The notes: generated from the sequence alone by a model not told the origin. DNA of 63,966 nucleotides, filler included, from Octopus bimaculoides (GCF_001194135.2; 10 parts of 10 records of this genome joined end to end with filler, not necessarily neighbours in it), one strand, 5' to 3'; positions 25,261 to 37,790 are shown, numbered from the whole stretch's first letter. Made by a program: numbers and translations.

Positions 25261-26396
25261 TCCAAGCACCCACTACACTCTCGGAGTGGTTGGCGTTAGG
25301 AAGGGCATCCAACTGTAGAAACTCTGCCAAATCAGACTGGAGCCTGGAGTAGCCATCTGATTCACCAGTCCTCAGTCAAATCTTCCAACCCATGCTAGCA
25401 TGGAAAGCAGACGTTAAATGATGGTGATGATATATATATATATATATATACAGTATTGAACACACATGCCCCAGGTGTGTTTTGCTAGTTCATCGGTAGG
25501 CTGTGATTATAGATGGATGAGAATATATTCTCATCGATTCACCTGCAAGACATAGACAAACAAGACATGCATGTATGTATCTGTGTATGTTAACAAAAGT
25601 CTCCAAAACTATGTGTCTTAGAGGAAAACGGATTTGATTTTCAAGATTTGCATCCCAAGGAGAAAGTTTTTGGTGATTAGTAATCAAAATATATAATTAG
25701 CAATAAGAAATTAGTCAACTTCCAGATCAACAACATTGAATGTCTTTAGAAGCCACCATCTTAAACTCATGATTATCTGTGTGTGTGTGTTGCATCTTTA
25801 TAACTGTCTGTCTCTATACCTCTCTCAATCTGTCCATCTGTCCATCTGTCTCTTATGCTTTTCCCTTCTCCATGTATATTCATCACACACACACTCTCTC
25901 TCTCTCTCTCTCTTTCTCTGTATATGTATATCTCTCATGCAAGCCGCTCTCCGTTTCTCTCATTTTTGATATGGCATGGAATGCAAGACAGTCCCATGCC
26001 ACTCTGTCTGCCTCTTCTTGCTCTCTGTCTATCTCAGTCTTTTACACTTTTCTCATTTAAAACTTTTCCCCTCTCAATATATATTTACCACACACTCTCT
26101 CACTCTCTCCCTGTATGTGCATATCTCTCATGCTGAATGTGTGCATGTTTGTATATGTGTGTGTGTACAAGTGTGTGTATGCATGTATGTAAGGAATTTG
26201 ATTTGGGCGACAGAGTTGGAAGATCCTCACAAAACATCACCATTGGGCCCATGAGACACTAACAAGGAAGGAATAGATTTGATGATATGCAAAACAACAA
26301 ACCTACATTGCACAGTCTCAGGAGACAACCTGATTATGAGATGTGTCAATCAGATGATAAGTGCACAAGAGCCTCCATCACACAGTCTCTGGAGAC

Positions 26397-26740
26397 GATG
26401 TCCCATTTCAATTCAAATGACTTCAATTTCCAGTGAGTCTTAATTTTGTCATCACCATCAACAACTCGCAAGGGCAAACATTTCTGGTTGCCTGTTTACA
26501 CATAGAAGAGTACTGCTTCACCCATGGTCAGCTTTACATTGGATTTTGAAGAGTGGGAAGTATGAAAGATCTTTACATTTAAGCACCAAATGGAGAAACA
26601 AAGAATCTGCCCCCAAATAATGCAGAAATCCATCCTGATCTAGAGGCCTATCTGTCGGAGACAACTTCGTCAAACGTGGAACAAAAAAACTGAAACAAAA
26701 GTGTTCTATTGTGAAAATTGCCCAGCAACAACGGGCTAAA
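26397..26740 (+). mobile_element. Helitron remnant: PIF1-helicase C-terminus plus 3' hairpin
   Basis: DVPFQFK*LQFPVSLNFVITINNSQGQT...EEYCFTHGQLYIGF*RVGS..DLYI/APNGETKN matches Helitron helicase motifs V-VI (TINKSQGQ, FSHGQLYV); GCCC-agcaacaac-GGGC hairpin at ~26720-26736. Confidence 0.85.
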
Positions 26741-26756
26741 TATATATACACATAGA

Positions 26757-27078
26757 CAATGGGTTCTCAAAGTGGGCGCTATGCCTTCCCTCCCCCCACC
26801 CCGGTGGGCGTTGAGAGGGTTCAGGTGAGCGCTGGTGTCTAAGGGGGCAGTAGAGAAAATGGAGGCATTGGGAGAAAGCCAGTGGATTGGGGGACACTGT
26901 GAATTTATAATATTATTATAGTATTGTATACTAATTATATAATATTGTATTAAATATCAAATGAGTCATAATATAAATAAATTACTAAAATATTTATACA
27001 TAAAAATAGGGGTGGGGGTGCTGAGGGTATTATGTGGCCATGAGGAGGGCAGTGGCCCAAGATGTTTGAGAACCTCTG
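26757..27078. mobile_element. hAT (Charlie-like) MITE
   Basis: Ends CAATGGGTTCTCAAA and TTTGAGAACCTCTG, similar to the CAGGGGTTCTCAAA-type TIR; an 8-bp TSD is not recognisable. Confidence 0.6.
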
Positions 27079-27109
27079 GTACACACTTATCTATGTATAT
27101 ATTCTTTTA

Positions 27110-27329
27110 TTCTTTTTCTTTATTCTTTTACTTGTTTCAGTAATTTGACTGCGGCCATGCTGGAGCACTGCCTTTAGTCAAGTAAATTGACCTCAGGACT
27201 TATTCTTTGTTAGCCTAGTACTTATTCTATTGGACTCTTTTGCCAAACCGCTAAGTTATGGGGACGTAAACACACCAGCATTGGTTGTCAAGCAATGTTG
27301 GGGGGACAAACACAGACACAGAAACATGT

Positions 27330-27362
<33 letters not shown>

Positions 27363-27526
27363 CGTATATACGATGGGCTTCTTTCAGTTTCTGTCTACCA
27401 AACCCACTCATAAGGTTTAGGTCGGCCCGAGGCTATAGTAGAAGACACTTGCCCAAGGTGCAATGCAGTGGGACTGAACCCGGAACCATGTGGTTTGAAA
27501 GCAAGATACTTACCACACAGTCACTC
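27110..27526 (-). mobile_element. SINE family 2, full length, with internal microsatellite
   Basis: tRNA-like head ggagtgactgtgtggtaag..ggttccgggttcagtccc; internal (TA)n(TG)n; AAAG-rich tail. Confidence 0.85.
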
Positions 27527-27689
27527 CTATGCCTATATATGTATGTATGTGTGTAAGTGTGTACGTATGAATGCATGTACATATTTCAATTTTTTCACTT
27601 GTTTCAGCCTCAAAGCTGCAGTCATGCTGGAGCACCACCTTTGGCTGTGCTACACCATTATTTGAAACTTTCTCTGATATGTGGGATTT

Positions 27690-28322
27690 GGTGAACAAGG
27701 GAGTTTGATGCAGCTGCCTTCATCAGTGTTCCCTGTCATGAGGTAGGCTCATCTGGAACCCTTGACAGGAGGTGATCCTGTTTTGCTTTGAAGACACCTA
27801 CATCCACACCATGCAGGTTTCCCAAGCATTTCAGAAGGATATTGAAGAGCTGTGGACCCTTAAAACCGAAGCTGTGGCAGTATCTGGGCCTGTATTTTGA
27901 TGGTGATGCTGGGATCCTTGGCACTATGCAGTGGCGCCCCGTTCTGCTGTTTACTTAACTTTCCATGCCAGAGTTTGGTACAAGGCCTTCTAGGATTTTC
28001 CAGATGTACAGGGTGCCCACAAGGTCTGGGTACATGGAGTAAATAAAATTATAACATAAACAATTAAATATAAGAAATAATAATTTCTTAAAGTATGTGT
28101 TAATCCCCATGTACCCAGACTTTGTGGACACCCTGTATATCACTGCATATCTTTCCCGCCTTTGCTCCAGGGAGAAGAGGTTTAACTTCTTCAGCCTTTC
28201 CCAGTAGCTGACATGTTGCATTGAGACGGTTCTCTTTGTGTAGCTTTGTTGGATTGCTTTGAGTTCTGCCATTAATGTTATACTGTGTGGTGACCATAGT
28301 TGAGAGCAGCAGTCCAAGCGGT
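27690..28322 (-). mobile_element. CR1/L2-like LINE, RT C-terminus and 3' end
   Basis: RLDCCSQLWSPH....ELKAIQQSYTKR....SYWERLKKLNLFSLEQRRERYAVIY|IWKILEGLVPN...SFGFKGPQLFNIL...FK...D.LLSRVPDEP. Confidence 0.8.
28009..28135. mobile_element. 127-bp Tc1/mariner-type MITE inserted in the LINE, TA target duplication
   Basis: TA|CAGGGTGCCCACAAGGTCTGGGTACATGG...CCATGTACCCAGACTTTGTGGACACCCTG|TA; removing it restores the VIYIWKIL reading frame. Confidence 0.9.
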
Positions 28323-29084
28323 AGTATGTATATATATATGTTTCTGTGTGTAAGTGTGTGGGTGTGGGTGGGTGAATGAGTGCATACAGAATCACAATTT
28401 CTGCCACACACACACACGTGTATATACAATGATACTATAGGTCACACTATAACAAACACACACACACACACACTCGTGCATAATACTCGTACATATCTCT
28501 CTTGCACATACACATACACATGTACACACATACTGTCTTTCTCACACATACATATGATGTCACTCATGCACAAACACATACGTATAATATATGTATACTG
28601 TCTTTCTCATGCATATACATACTGCCTCTCTCATATATTCATGTACACTTTCACACACACACACACACACACGCATGCACACACACACATATACACATAC
28701 ATAAAGTATCTCCCACATGCAGATAAGTTTAATGTTTCTCACACATAAATTAAATATTCACATATCTATCTCCCTATCTATCTGTCTATCTGTCCGTCCG
28801 TCTCTCTCTCTCTATCTCTCTCCTATCTATCTATCAATCTTATCTATCTGTCAGTCTGCCTGTCTATCTAGCTATCTATCAATGCCCCCACACATACACA
28901 CATTCATATACATAAAATGCCTGTCTCACACACCATCACACACATACAGGCAATTAATGTTTCTCACATAATAAATATACACATACATCTATCTGTCTAT
29001 CTCTCTACACTTACACATACTTCTCTCTGTGTGTCTCTTTTCATCTCACACACACACAACCCCACTCCAGTTGACATTCACACA

Positions 29085-29810
29085 CAGGGTGTCCAGGCTA
29101 AATTTGATGATTCTCTTTTCAAGGACCGATTGTTGTATTAGTGAACAGTCAATAGCACTGAAGTCGCAGTTGAGAAAAATTTAGCTGACATAAAAGGACT
29201 GGAAGCCATCTGAATATTGGACAAAAAGTTACCTGTATCATGAGGATTTGTGCCAGGTATTAAAATGCTGACATCATGGTTGCTGCTTAATGCTCTGTAA
29301 ACATTGTAAATGCTGTAAGATTTGACATGGACGACTGCAATGGAGACTACGAAGCTGTGGCCAGCAGGAAGGGATGCATCAGGTGTTCTGATTGTGTCCA
29401 CATGCCAGAATTCATTCCCCACATCTTTGGAAACTGTGGTCATTCCCTGGTTGGAGAGGGTTGCTGCTGAAAGGCCATATGTGTGGCAGTAGGATTTTGC
29501 TCCTTGCCATACCTTCGATGACTTTATCAGCCCCAGTTTCTGGCCTCTTATATCCCATGATCGTAATCCTCTGGATTACTATGTGTGGGGCATGGTTGAG
29601 AAAGACACCAACCACTCTGCCAACAATACCAAGGCCAAACTAGTGGCCAAGATCAAGATGTTCAAAGATCTTGCCAGAGACACAGTGACGATGCATACAC
29701 CAGTTTCCGGAGCCATTTTGAGGTCATGGTGGAAGCGGAGGGCAGCTACTTTGAATAATCTCCTAGCCATGATCTAGTTGATAACTTTCATCTTTTATGT
29801 TTTTAACAGA
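29085..29810 (+). mobile_element. Internally deleted Tc1/mariner-superfamily (maT/DD37D-like) transposon
   Basis: Left end CAGGGTGTCCAGGCTAAATTTGA; PYVWQ*DFAPCHT, W......NPLDYYVWGMVEKDTN and FRSHFEVMVEAEGSYFE* are C-terminal transposase motifs. Subfamily assignment is inferred. Confidence 0.75.
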
Positions 29811-29822
29811 ATATACCATAAC

Positions 29823-29899
<77 letters not shown>

Positions 29900-30296
29900 T
29901 CATCATCATCGTTTAACGTCTGTTTTCCATGCTGGCATGGGTTGGACGGTTTGACTGAGGTCTGGAGAGCCAACGGCTGCACAAGGGTCCAATCTGATCT
30001 AGCAATTCCCTTCCTAATGCTGGATTCTCCTTCTAATGCCAACCACTCTGAGAGTATAATGGGTACTTTTTATTTGCCACTGGCACAGGAGCCATTCAGG
30101 TGGGCCTGACATTGATCATGTTCAGATAATGCTTTTAACATGCCACTGGCATGGGAGCCAGTCAGAGGGTATTGGCATCAGCCATGTTTGGATGGTGCTT
30201 TTTATGTTCCACCAGCACAGGAGCCAGTCAGGGGACACTGGCATCGACCACGTTTGAATATATACATATGCTAAAAGCACCATCCGAGTGTGAACA

Positions 30297-30851
30297 TTGC
30301 CAGGGCCGCTGATTGAAGCAATGCAAGACGGAGACGCCAAAAGTAATACGAAGTGCGTCAGAGACACAGAAGAAGTAAAGATGAAGGAAGACGGAAAGAA
30401 AGCAGCAAAGGAGGGGAGTGACAGGTTTGTCGGCCCCAAAAGGAGGAAAAAGGCAAAATCAAGAGAACATTCACAAGGACCAGCAGGGGAAACAGAGAGG
30501 ACGCCCAGAAAAGGTAGGGATCTGCCTAATTTTAAGCATATGCATACAATAGAGATGGAACCAAGAGAGAAAGAATTTAGACATAAAACACTCTTAGTCT
30601 ACTACGAAAAGAGTATAGATGTGGAAAGGAGAATGTCCAAGTGGAAGGGATTAGTAAGGGTGAAGCTGACCAGGGAGAAATTCAAGGAGAGTGAAAGGTA
30701 TGTTTTATTGAATGACGATAGATACGACACGTTCATGGATTCATGTGGAGAATTGGTGACTATGGTTGATGGGCTGGGGTGGTATGATACCCTGCCGGCT
30801 GTGGTTGAACATGAAGAGTTGAAAAATTTTAGAAAAAAATATAAAATATGA
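30297..30851 (+). CDS. 184-codon uninterrupted ORF of unknown function, probably the C-terminus of a LINE ORF1 (5'-truncated)
   Basis: Non-microsatellite, purine-rich ORF with a charged N-half (PKRRKKAK) and a globular-looking C-half; starts at the junction with an RTE tail and is followed by a short spacer and a gap. No splice sites or motif recognised; TE origin is inference. Confidence 0.35.
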   Translation: MPGPLIEAMQDGDAKSNTKCVRDTEEVKMKEDGKKAAKEGSDRFVGPKRRKKAKSREHSQGPAGETERTPRKGRDLPNFKHMHTIEMEPREKEFRHKTLLVYYEKSIDVERRMSKWKGLVRVKLTREKFKESERYVLLNDDRYDTFMDSCGELVTMVDGLGWYDTLPAVVEHEELKNFRKKYKI

Positions 30852-31842
30852 AATGAACAATATAAAAAAAAAATGAAGATGTGAACCTTTTGTTTTAGAA
30901 AAAAAGGAAAAACATAAGAGGAAAAAACTGTCCAAAATAATGTCTAAATGTAACCACTTGACTTTGGGGGTCGAGTGGGCATTGCGCCTCATTTTATAAT
31001 TTCATTCATTTCTTNNNNNNNNNNNNNNNNNNNNNNNNNNNNNNNNNNNNNNNNNNNNNNNNNNNNNNNNNNNNNNNNNNNNNNNNNNNNNNNNNNNNNN
31101 NNNNNNNNNNNNNNNNNNNNNNNNNNNNNNNNNNNNNNNNNNNNNNNNNNNTATGTTTTGTATTGTCTTTGTAATGTGTAACCTCTATATTTAGCCCCTT
31201 CTGGGTAATAAAAAATTGAGGATGTTGGTGTTGCCTTGGTGGAGGTTTGCGCTCTCTGAGTTCTCTTGTTAATATTATTATTATCATTATTGTTATCATT
31301 GTTGTTGTTGTTGTTGCTGTTGCTGCTATTGTTGTAGTTATCAATGCACATTCATACTAATCTGCGGACAGTCACCTCGACTGAAATATTAAACTTGGAT
31401 GAAGAAAGAAAATGAAAATAAAATAAACATAAAAATAAAACATATAGAAAAGAAATAAAAAAAAAAAAAAGAAATTTAAAGAAATATGTACAACAAAGAG
31501 ATCATTAGGTTTATCTGAATTTACCTGAAAGTGACACAATACACTGACAAGATATGTGTGTGCGTATGTGTGTGTGTGTGTGTGTGTGTGTAATTATGAT
31601 TAATGACAGCAATATTCAAAACTCAATTCCTTTTTCACACCTATTTTAACAGTTTATCTATGAATAGTGATAACAACCGTTGGTCATCTGACCCACTTAC
31701 AAGGTTCTCACATCAAATCTGATTTCTGTCCTCTTTCATTGGAAAAGCACTACTATACACCTCTCCTCACAACCCCACCCAAACATATATACATCAATAC
31801 ACACCTACATGTACATATTTCTATATGTACACACACATATAC

Positions 31843-31876
<34 letters not shown>

Positions 31877-31900
31877 TTCTATATGTACACACACATATAC

Positions 31901-31937
<37 letters not shown>

Positions 31938-31960
31938 CATACATACATACATACATACAT

Positions 31961-32995
31961 ACATAGGGGTCCACCAAGGTTCAGTCCTCAGCCCCCTCTT
32001 ATCCATCATAGCTCGCCAGGCACAAACAGAGGAATTCAAGACAGGATGCCCCTGGGAGCTCCTCTATGCTGATGACCTTGCTCTAATTGTTGAGTCACTA
32101 TCAGAACTAGAGGAGAAGTTTCAGGTGTGGAAGCAAGGTCTAGAGTTGAAGGGCCTTAGAGTCAACCTAGCAAAAACCAAAGCCTTAGTAAGTAGGAAGG
32201 TAGATAAATCCCAGATCCCTTCACGTAGATGGTCCTGCTCAATCTGTAGAAAAGGTGTAGGTAGAAATTCCATAAGATGTACCCAGTGTAAGCTATGGAT
32301 ATATAAGAGATGCAGCAATATCAAAGGAAGGCTAACTGGAAAGATAGCCAGGGGGGAAAAGCAGTTGATAGCTTCCGTTACCTAGGTGACCAAGTCAGTA
32401 GCAGGGGTGGAAGCTCTGAGAGTGAAGCTGCTAGAATAAGAATAGCCTGAGAAAAAATTCAGAGAGCTCCTACCTCTGCTGGTGACAAAGGGCCTCTTGC
32501 TCAGAGTAAAAGGTAGACTGTATGGTGCATGTATGCAAACAGCCATGCTACATGGTAGTGAGACATGGGCCATGACTGCTGAAAACATGCATAAGCTTGC
32601 AAGGAATGAAGCTAGTATGATCCGCTGGATGTGTAATGTCAGTGTGCATACACGACAGAGTCTAAGCGCCCTGAGAGAAAAGCTAGACATAAGAAGCATC
32701 AGATACGGTGTGCAAGAGAGACAACTGTGCCGGTATGGTAGTATGTTGCGTATGGATGAGGACAGCTGTGTGAAAAAGTGTCATACCCTAGCAGTAGAGG
32801 GAACCTGGGGAAGAGGTAGACCCAGGAAAACCTGGGATGAGGTGAAGTATGGCCTTCAAACACTGGGCCTCATGGAGGCGATAACAAGAGACCAAGACCT
32901 TTGGAGATATGCTGTGCTTGAGAAGACCTAGCAAGCCAAGTGAGACCGTAGCTGTGGCCTATGCCAATGCAGCTTAACTGGCCCATTTAAGAGTA
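31961..32995 (+). mobile_element. RTE-clade LINE, 5'-truncated RT remnant
   Basis: [33 protein letters not shown], Cys-rich insert, F.YLGD, MLHGSETWA, R.E.SMIRWMC, GRGRPRKTW; begins directly after (CATA)n. Confidence 0.92.
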
Positions 32996-33323
32996 CCAGG
33001 CTCCAATCTGATCTGGCAGAGTTTCTACAGCTGGATGCCCTTCCTAACGCCAACCACTCTGAGAGTGTAGTAGGTGCTTTTACATGCCACCGGTACGAGG
33101 GCCAGTCAGGCAGTACTGGCAACGGTCACGCTCAAAATGGTGTTTTTTACTTGCCACCTGCACAGGAGCCAGTCCAGCGGCACTGGCAACGACCTCGCTT
33201 GAATGTTTATTTTCATGTGCCACCGGCACAAGTGCCAGTAAGGCGACACTGGTAACGATCACGCTCAAATGGTGCTATTTACGTGCCACTGGCATGGAAG
33301 CCAGACATCGAATTTGGTATGTG

Positions 33324-33354
<31 letters not shown>

Positions 33355-33384
33355 GTGTGTGTACACACACACACACACACACAC

Positions 33385-33460
33385 ACACAAGGGTTTGTTG
33401 AAACGTTCCTGGCTTTAAGGGTGTTGCAAATGGCCTGCTTGGAGGCCCAACCTTCCGAGC
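33385..33460 (+). mobile_element. Mariner-type left-end fragment
   Basis: caagggtttgttgaaacgttcctggctttaagggt resembles the CGAGGG..GAAAAGTTCC mariner TIR type. Confidence 0.4.
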
Positions 33461-34482
33461 AAGACTATTCTTATCGTTATCTACTTTGACGTTTGAAATA
33501 TCAAGTTTCCTTATAATTTTTTAATGATATTGCTTTATGGCCAGCTTTGGTTTCATTTTTATTTCACAGCAAACTATAGCATGGTCAGACCAGCATTCTG
33601 CCTTGTGGCTTTGGACAATCGCTCAGTCAGTCTAGTGTCTATGACCTGATCCAGGGTGATGCCATGTTATTTTGTTTTTATCAGACTGTTGAAAAAGTGT
33701 ATTGTCTTGCAACTGTAAATGACCAAGCAGCATGGCTATTCCACGCCAGAAAAGGAGGCCAGATAAAATACTCGAGAAGCTATAAAAGATATTTCTAAAC
33801 ATGAAACCGCTAAGATAAAGATGAAATTGCTAAGATAAAGATGAAACTTGCTAAGATACAAAAAAAATGTTCACTGCTAAAATGAAAATGAAACAAACAA
33901 ACATACACTAACGAAATAAGATATCCATATTCACAACAGCATAGAAGAGGGATAGCCCAACACATTCTAGTAGAAAGAATTTATTTAAATAAATAGCATT
34001 CAACATTCGCTCACGCATGCAGTTGAAATGAAATGTGATGACACAATAATTAAAAGCAGGGAAGAATGAAAATTCAGCTTATCCGAACAGTTTTCATTCA
34101 CCTCAGAAGTATTCTATAAGTAACCACTCCCCACCTAGCCAAGAACATTTGCTAACTTCAACAAACTGCTGCTGCTATTGAATTTTACCCCAACAAACAG
34201 TTGAGTAAAACATCTCATAGAAGACAATAATGGTTTACTACTACTACTACTACTACTACTACTACCAAGCCTTATTTAAACTAATTGCAAAAGAAAATTC
34301 CTCTTCAAAAGACGTTATACTTATATGCCTTGAAGAGATCATACTAATAATGCATAAATTGTTGCATATAAATATGCAGGTGTTGCAATCGAAACACATC
34401 GTACTATTATTACGAATAAACTAACTGGAAATAAACAAAGTTTGAACGTTCAAATTCTTCATTCTCTTCATTCTCCTTTTTG

Positions 34483-34519
<37 letters not shown>

Positions 34520-34841
34520 ATCATTTAACGCCTGTTTTCCATGGGTTGGATGGGTTGACAGGGGCTGGCTAGGCAGAAGATTGCACCAAGCTTCACTGTC
34601 TGCTCTGGCAGGGTTTTTACAGCTGGATGCCCTTCCTAACACCAACCACCATACAATGTGGCGTATGTGTTTTTATGTGGCACCATACATATATATGTAT
34701 GTATATGTATACACATATACACACATACACATACATATGTATATATATGTTACAAAGGAATAATAATAACAATAACAATAATAATAATAATAATACACAC
34801 ACACATACGCACCATTTAGCATTCAAACTGATCATGTCTAG

Positions 34842-35315
34842 TATGGACTTGACAGAGAAAAAAAGTGGTATGAGCATAAACCCGAAGGCATCATCGAAAA
34901 TGATAATGCAAAGATCCTATAGGATTTTATGATTCAATGTGACCATGAGACAGAGAATAGGAAACCAGACATAGTCTTAACTGAGAAAGAAAACAAACTA
35001 TGCTGGATTGTAGATATAGCATGCCCAGCTGACAACAAGGTATGCGATAAGGAAGAAAGAAAAGTCGATAGATATGACAGGTTAGCTTGGGAAATTAAGC
35101 AGTTGTGGTCGCTGAAAAAGGTGGTAGTAGTACCAACAATTATCAGAGCCCTGGGAACAGTGAGTAAAAATCTTGAGAAGTACGTGGAACAAATAGGGGC
35201 TGTAATAAGGGTGGAGCACTTGCAGAAAACATCTCTGCTTGGAACCGCTCAAATACTCTGGTAGTGAACAGCTGACACCGTAGTACATCTCCAGCGTTAG
35301 AAGCTGTGCAAAGGC

Positions 35316-35359
<44 letters not shown>
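34842..35359 (+). mobile_element. R4/Dong-clade non-LTR retrotransposon 3' end (restriction-like endonuclease) with a (TAA)n tail
   Basis: WYEHKPEGIIENDNAKIL*DFMIQCDH....KPDIVL......WIVDIACP.D....KE..KV..Y..L..EI..LW....VVVP.II.ALG......LQK..LLGT..IL, a PD-(D/E) RLE domain; then (TAA)n. Confidence 0.88.
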
Positions 35360-35363
<4 letters not shown>

Positions 35364-35799
35364 GCATTACATTTCACAGAGTAATCAGAAGGCTAAAAGG
35401 TTAAAGCATTCGGCAAAGATCTGAGGCTAATTTGGTACACCAACTAACTATGTGGTTGATCATGTTCTTGTTGTTGTAGCTGTGTGCTTTGCATGTTTCT
35501 TCTTTTCCTTTTCAGTATAGAAGGGACATAAAAGAATGCAAAGCATGTAGATAAGATTGTAACATGCTAAAACAGGATTATACCTGCTCTGACCTTGTGC
35601 CTATAGAACAAGAAATAATGATAATGATGATGATGATGATGATGACAATAATAATAATAATAATAATAATAATGATTTCTTTATTAACCACAAAGGGTTT
35701 ACATCAAATAAAACATTATGGACAGCACAGGACGAAACAAAAAATGTGTGTGTGTGTGTGTGTGTGTTGTGGGGGTTTTGCATTTAAACAAGATAAACA

Positions 35800-36250
35800 A
35801 TGAAATAAAAAAAAGATTCAACAATGTATAATCCTCGATAGAGAGGAGATGCTTGGGGGCTGCTCATAGAAAAACCCCATCAAAACCATAGGTACCCTGA
35901 CTTTTGGAACCGGAGCCTTTTTTCTCTTTCTTTTCTTCAGTAACAGGCATATGTTCAGGGCAGGCCCGTTCACTCGGACCATTCTCGCCATTTTCATCCT
36001 CCTTTCAGCAAACTGACTAGAAGACAACACTTTCATCTTTATCCTTATTTTCCTTTTCAAGTGAAACTTGAAGAAGTTAATTAGGGATTGGTCAAAGAGA
36101 AAAATGTTTGCTTTCAGCCCCTTCAATCTTGTCCATCATACAACCTCTCTTGCCAAGGAGTGCTGCTACAGCTGTGAAACCTTGCATGCATTAATTCCAG
36201 CTCTTTTTATTAATAACTGCATCGTTTCTTTCCAGGTAAACTGATATCTG
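35800..36250 (-). mobile_element. Probable L1/Tx1-like LINE, ORF2 C-terminus and 3' UTR
   Basis: AREVV*WTRLKGLKANIFL..QSLINFFKFHLKRKIRI..KVLS...F..R (A..V.W.R..L.F..RW pattern of L1/Tx1 ORF2 ends); weak, by eye. Confidence 0.5.
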
Positions 36251-36282
36251 ACTGTTTTAAGAAAACTTCAAAAATATCTAGA

Positions 36283-36592
36283 AGGGACGTGCAGCCTGGG
36301 TAGGCAAGGTAAGGCAGTGCCTACCCTGAATAAAACAGATCTATAGTAACATTTTCCTTTTATGGCAAAATATACACCTAATTCAATAAAATTATGAAGG
36401 TTACTCTGATGCAAAATATTTTATTTTTCTGTAGATTAGATAGGCATAATTCACCCCTGCCTTTCAATCTCAGTATTAAAACTATGCATAGTACTACTGT
36501 GGTACACATGCTGCGTACATTCCTATAACAACGTTTTCTTTACATACTATAAAGGCAGAAGTAAATCTGCCTTCAACTCAGTCACACGCCTG
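36283..36592. mobile_element. Possible degenerate MITE
   Basis: gacgtgcagcctgggtaggcaaggtaaggcagtgcctaccctg at the left and cacacgcctg at the right; related tgcctaccctg at ~36640. Confidence 0.3.
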
Positions 36593-36696
36593 TGTTTTTG
36601 CTTATCTTTTGTGTGTTTTACTACATAAACGTCACCTACTGCCTACCCTGAGTAATTACTGATGGCACATGCCTGATATCTAGTGGCCCCTTCTCT

Positions 36697-37790
36697 TGAA
36701 AATTGACAAAATTTGGCACTGTGGTGTTATCAAGTACCTGTAGAAAAAGGGTTTTGCCCCCAAGGACATTCATAGTGACATGGTTGCTGCATTAAGGGAC
36801 AACACTCAAGCTTTACCAACAGTGCAAAAGTGGGCAACTGAATTTAGGAGGGGAACCGAGGGTCTTGAAGAAGACCCAAGGTCTGGATGTCCTGCAACTT
36901 CCACCACTGAGGAAAACATTGATCATGTTCACCACGTAGTAATGGATTACAGGTGGTTGACCATATATCAAATAGCCAATGCTATAAGCATATCCAGTGA
37001 GAGAGTTGGGAATATTCTGCACAATGAACTTGGCATGATGAAGGTTTCTTTCTATTCAGTAGATGCCACATCTTCTGACACCTGATAAAAAACACACCAG
37101 GCTAATCACATCACAGGAAAATCTAACTTTGTTTGAAACAGATCCTGCTGATTCTCTTGAACGTTTCCTAACCCAGGATGAGTGTTGGTTACCTCTCTTT
37201 GAGCCACAGACAAAGAGATTAATCCATGTAGTGGAAACACCTCTCCTCACCTGCTCCAAAGATGGCTAAGGTCGTTTGATCTGCAGGGAAGATGACGGCC
37301 TTAGTTTTTTAGGATGCAAAAGGAATTGTGCTTCAAATGAGTCATACCATCAATGGAAAGTACCATGCCAGCCTACTAAGGCAGATTCTAATGGCTATCA
37401 AGACCAAATGCTGAGGAACGCTGATGATAAGGGTCTTCAGTGTTTCATCATGACAATATTCTAGCACACAAGATGGCGAGTTGGCAGAAACGTTAGCACA
37501 CTGGGAGAAAGGCTTAGCAGTATTTCGTCTGCCTTCACATTCTGAGTTCAAATCCTGCTGAGGTTGACTTTGCCTTTCATCCTTTCGGGGTTGATAAATT
37601 ATGTACCAGTTGCATACTGGGGTCGATCTAATCAACTGCCCCCCCCCCCCTCTCAAAAAATGTTGGGCCTTGTGCCTAGAGGAGAAAAGAATATTCTAGC
37701 ACGTAAGTCCTTGGTTTCAATGGCTGCTGTGTGTGATGGTGGCTTTGAACTGGTTGATGGCCCTCTCTATTCTCCTGACTTATCTGTTGT
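36697..37790 (+). mobile_element. Mariner transposase pseudogene interrupted by a SINE
   Basis: KIWH.GVIKYL.KKG.APKDIH, TVQKWATEFRRG...LEEDPRSG.P, WLTIYQIA, PHLLTPD, FLTQDECW, FHHDN|SINE|..LA.KS..MA...GFELVD.P.YSPDL. Confidence 0.92.
37468..37689 (+). mobile_element. Full-length Meta-type SINE with a 13-bp TSD
   Basis: AATATTCTAGCAC at 37455-37467 and 37690-37702 flanks the SINE. Confidence 0.92.
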
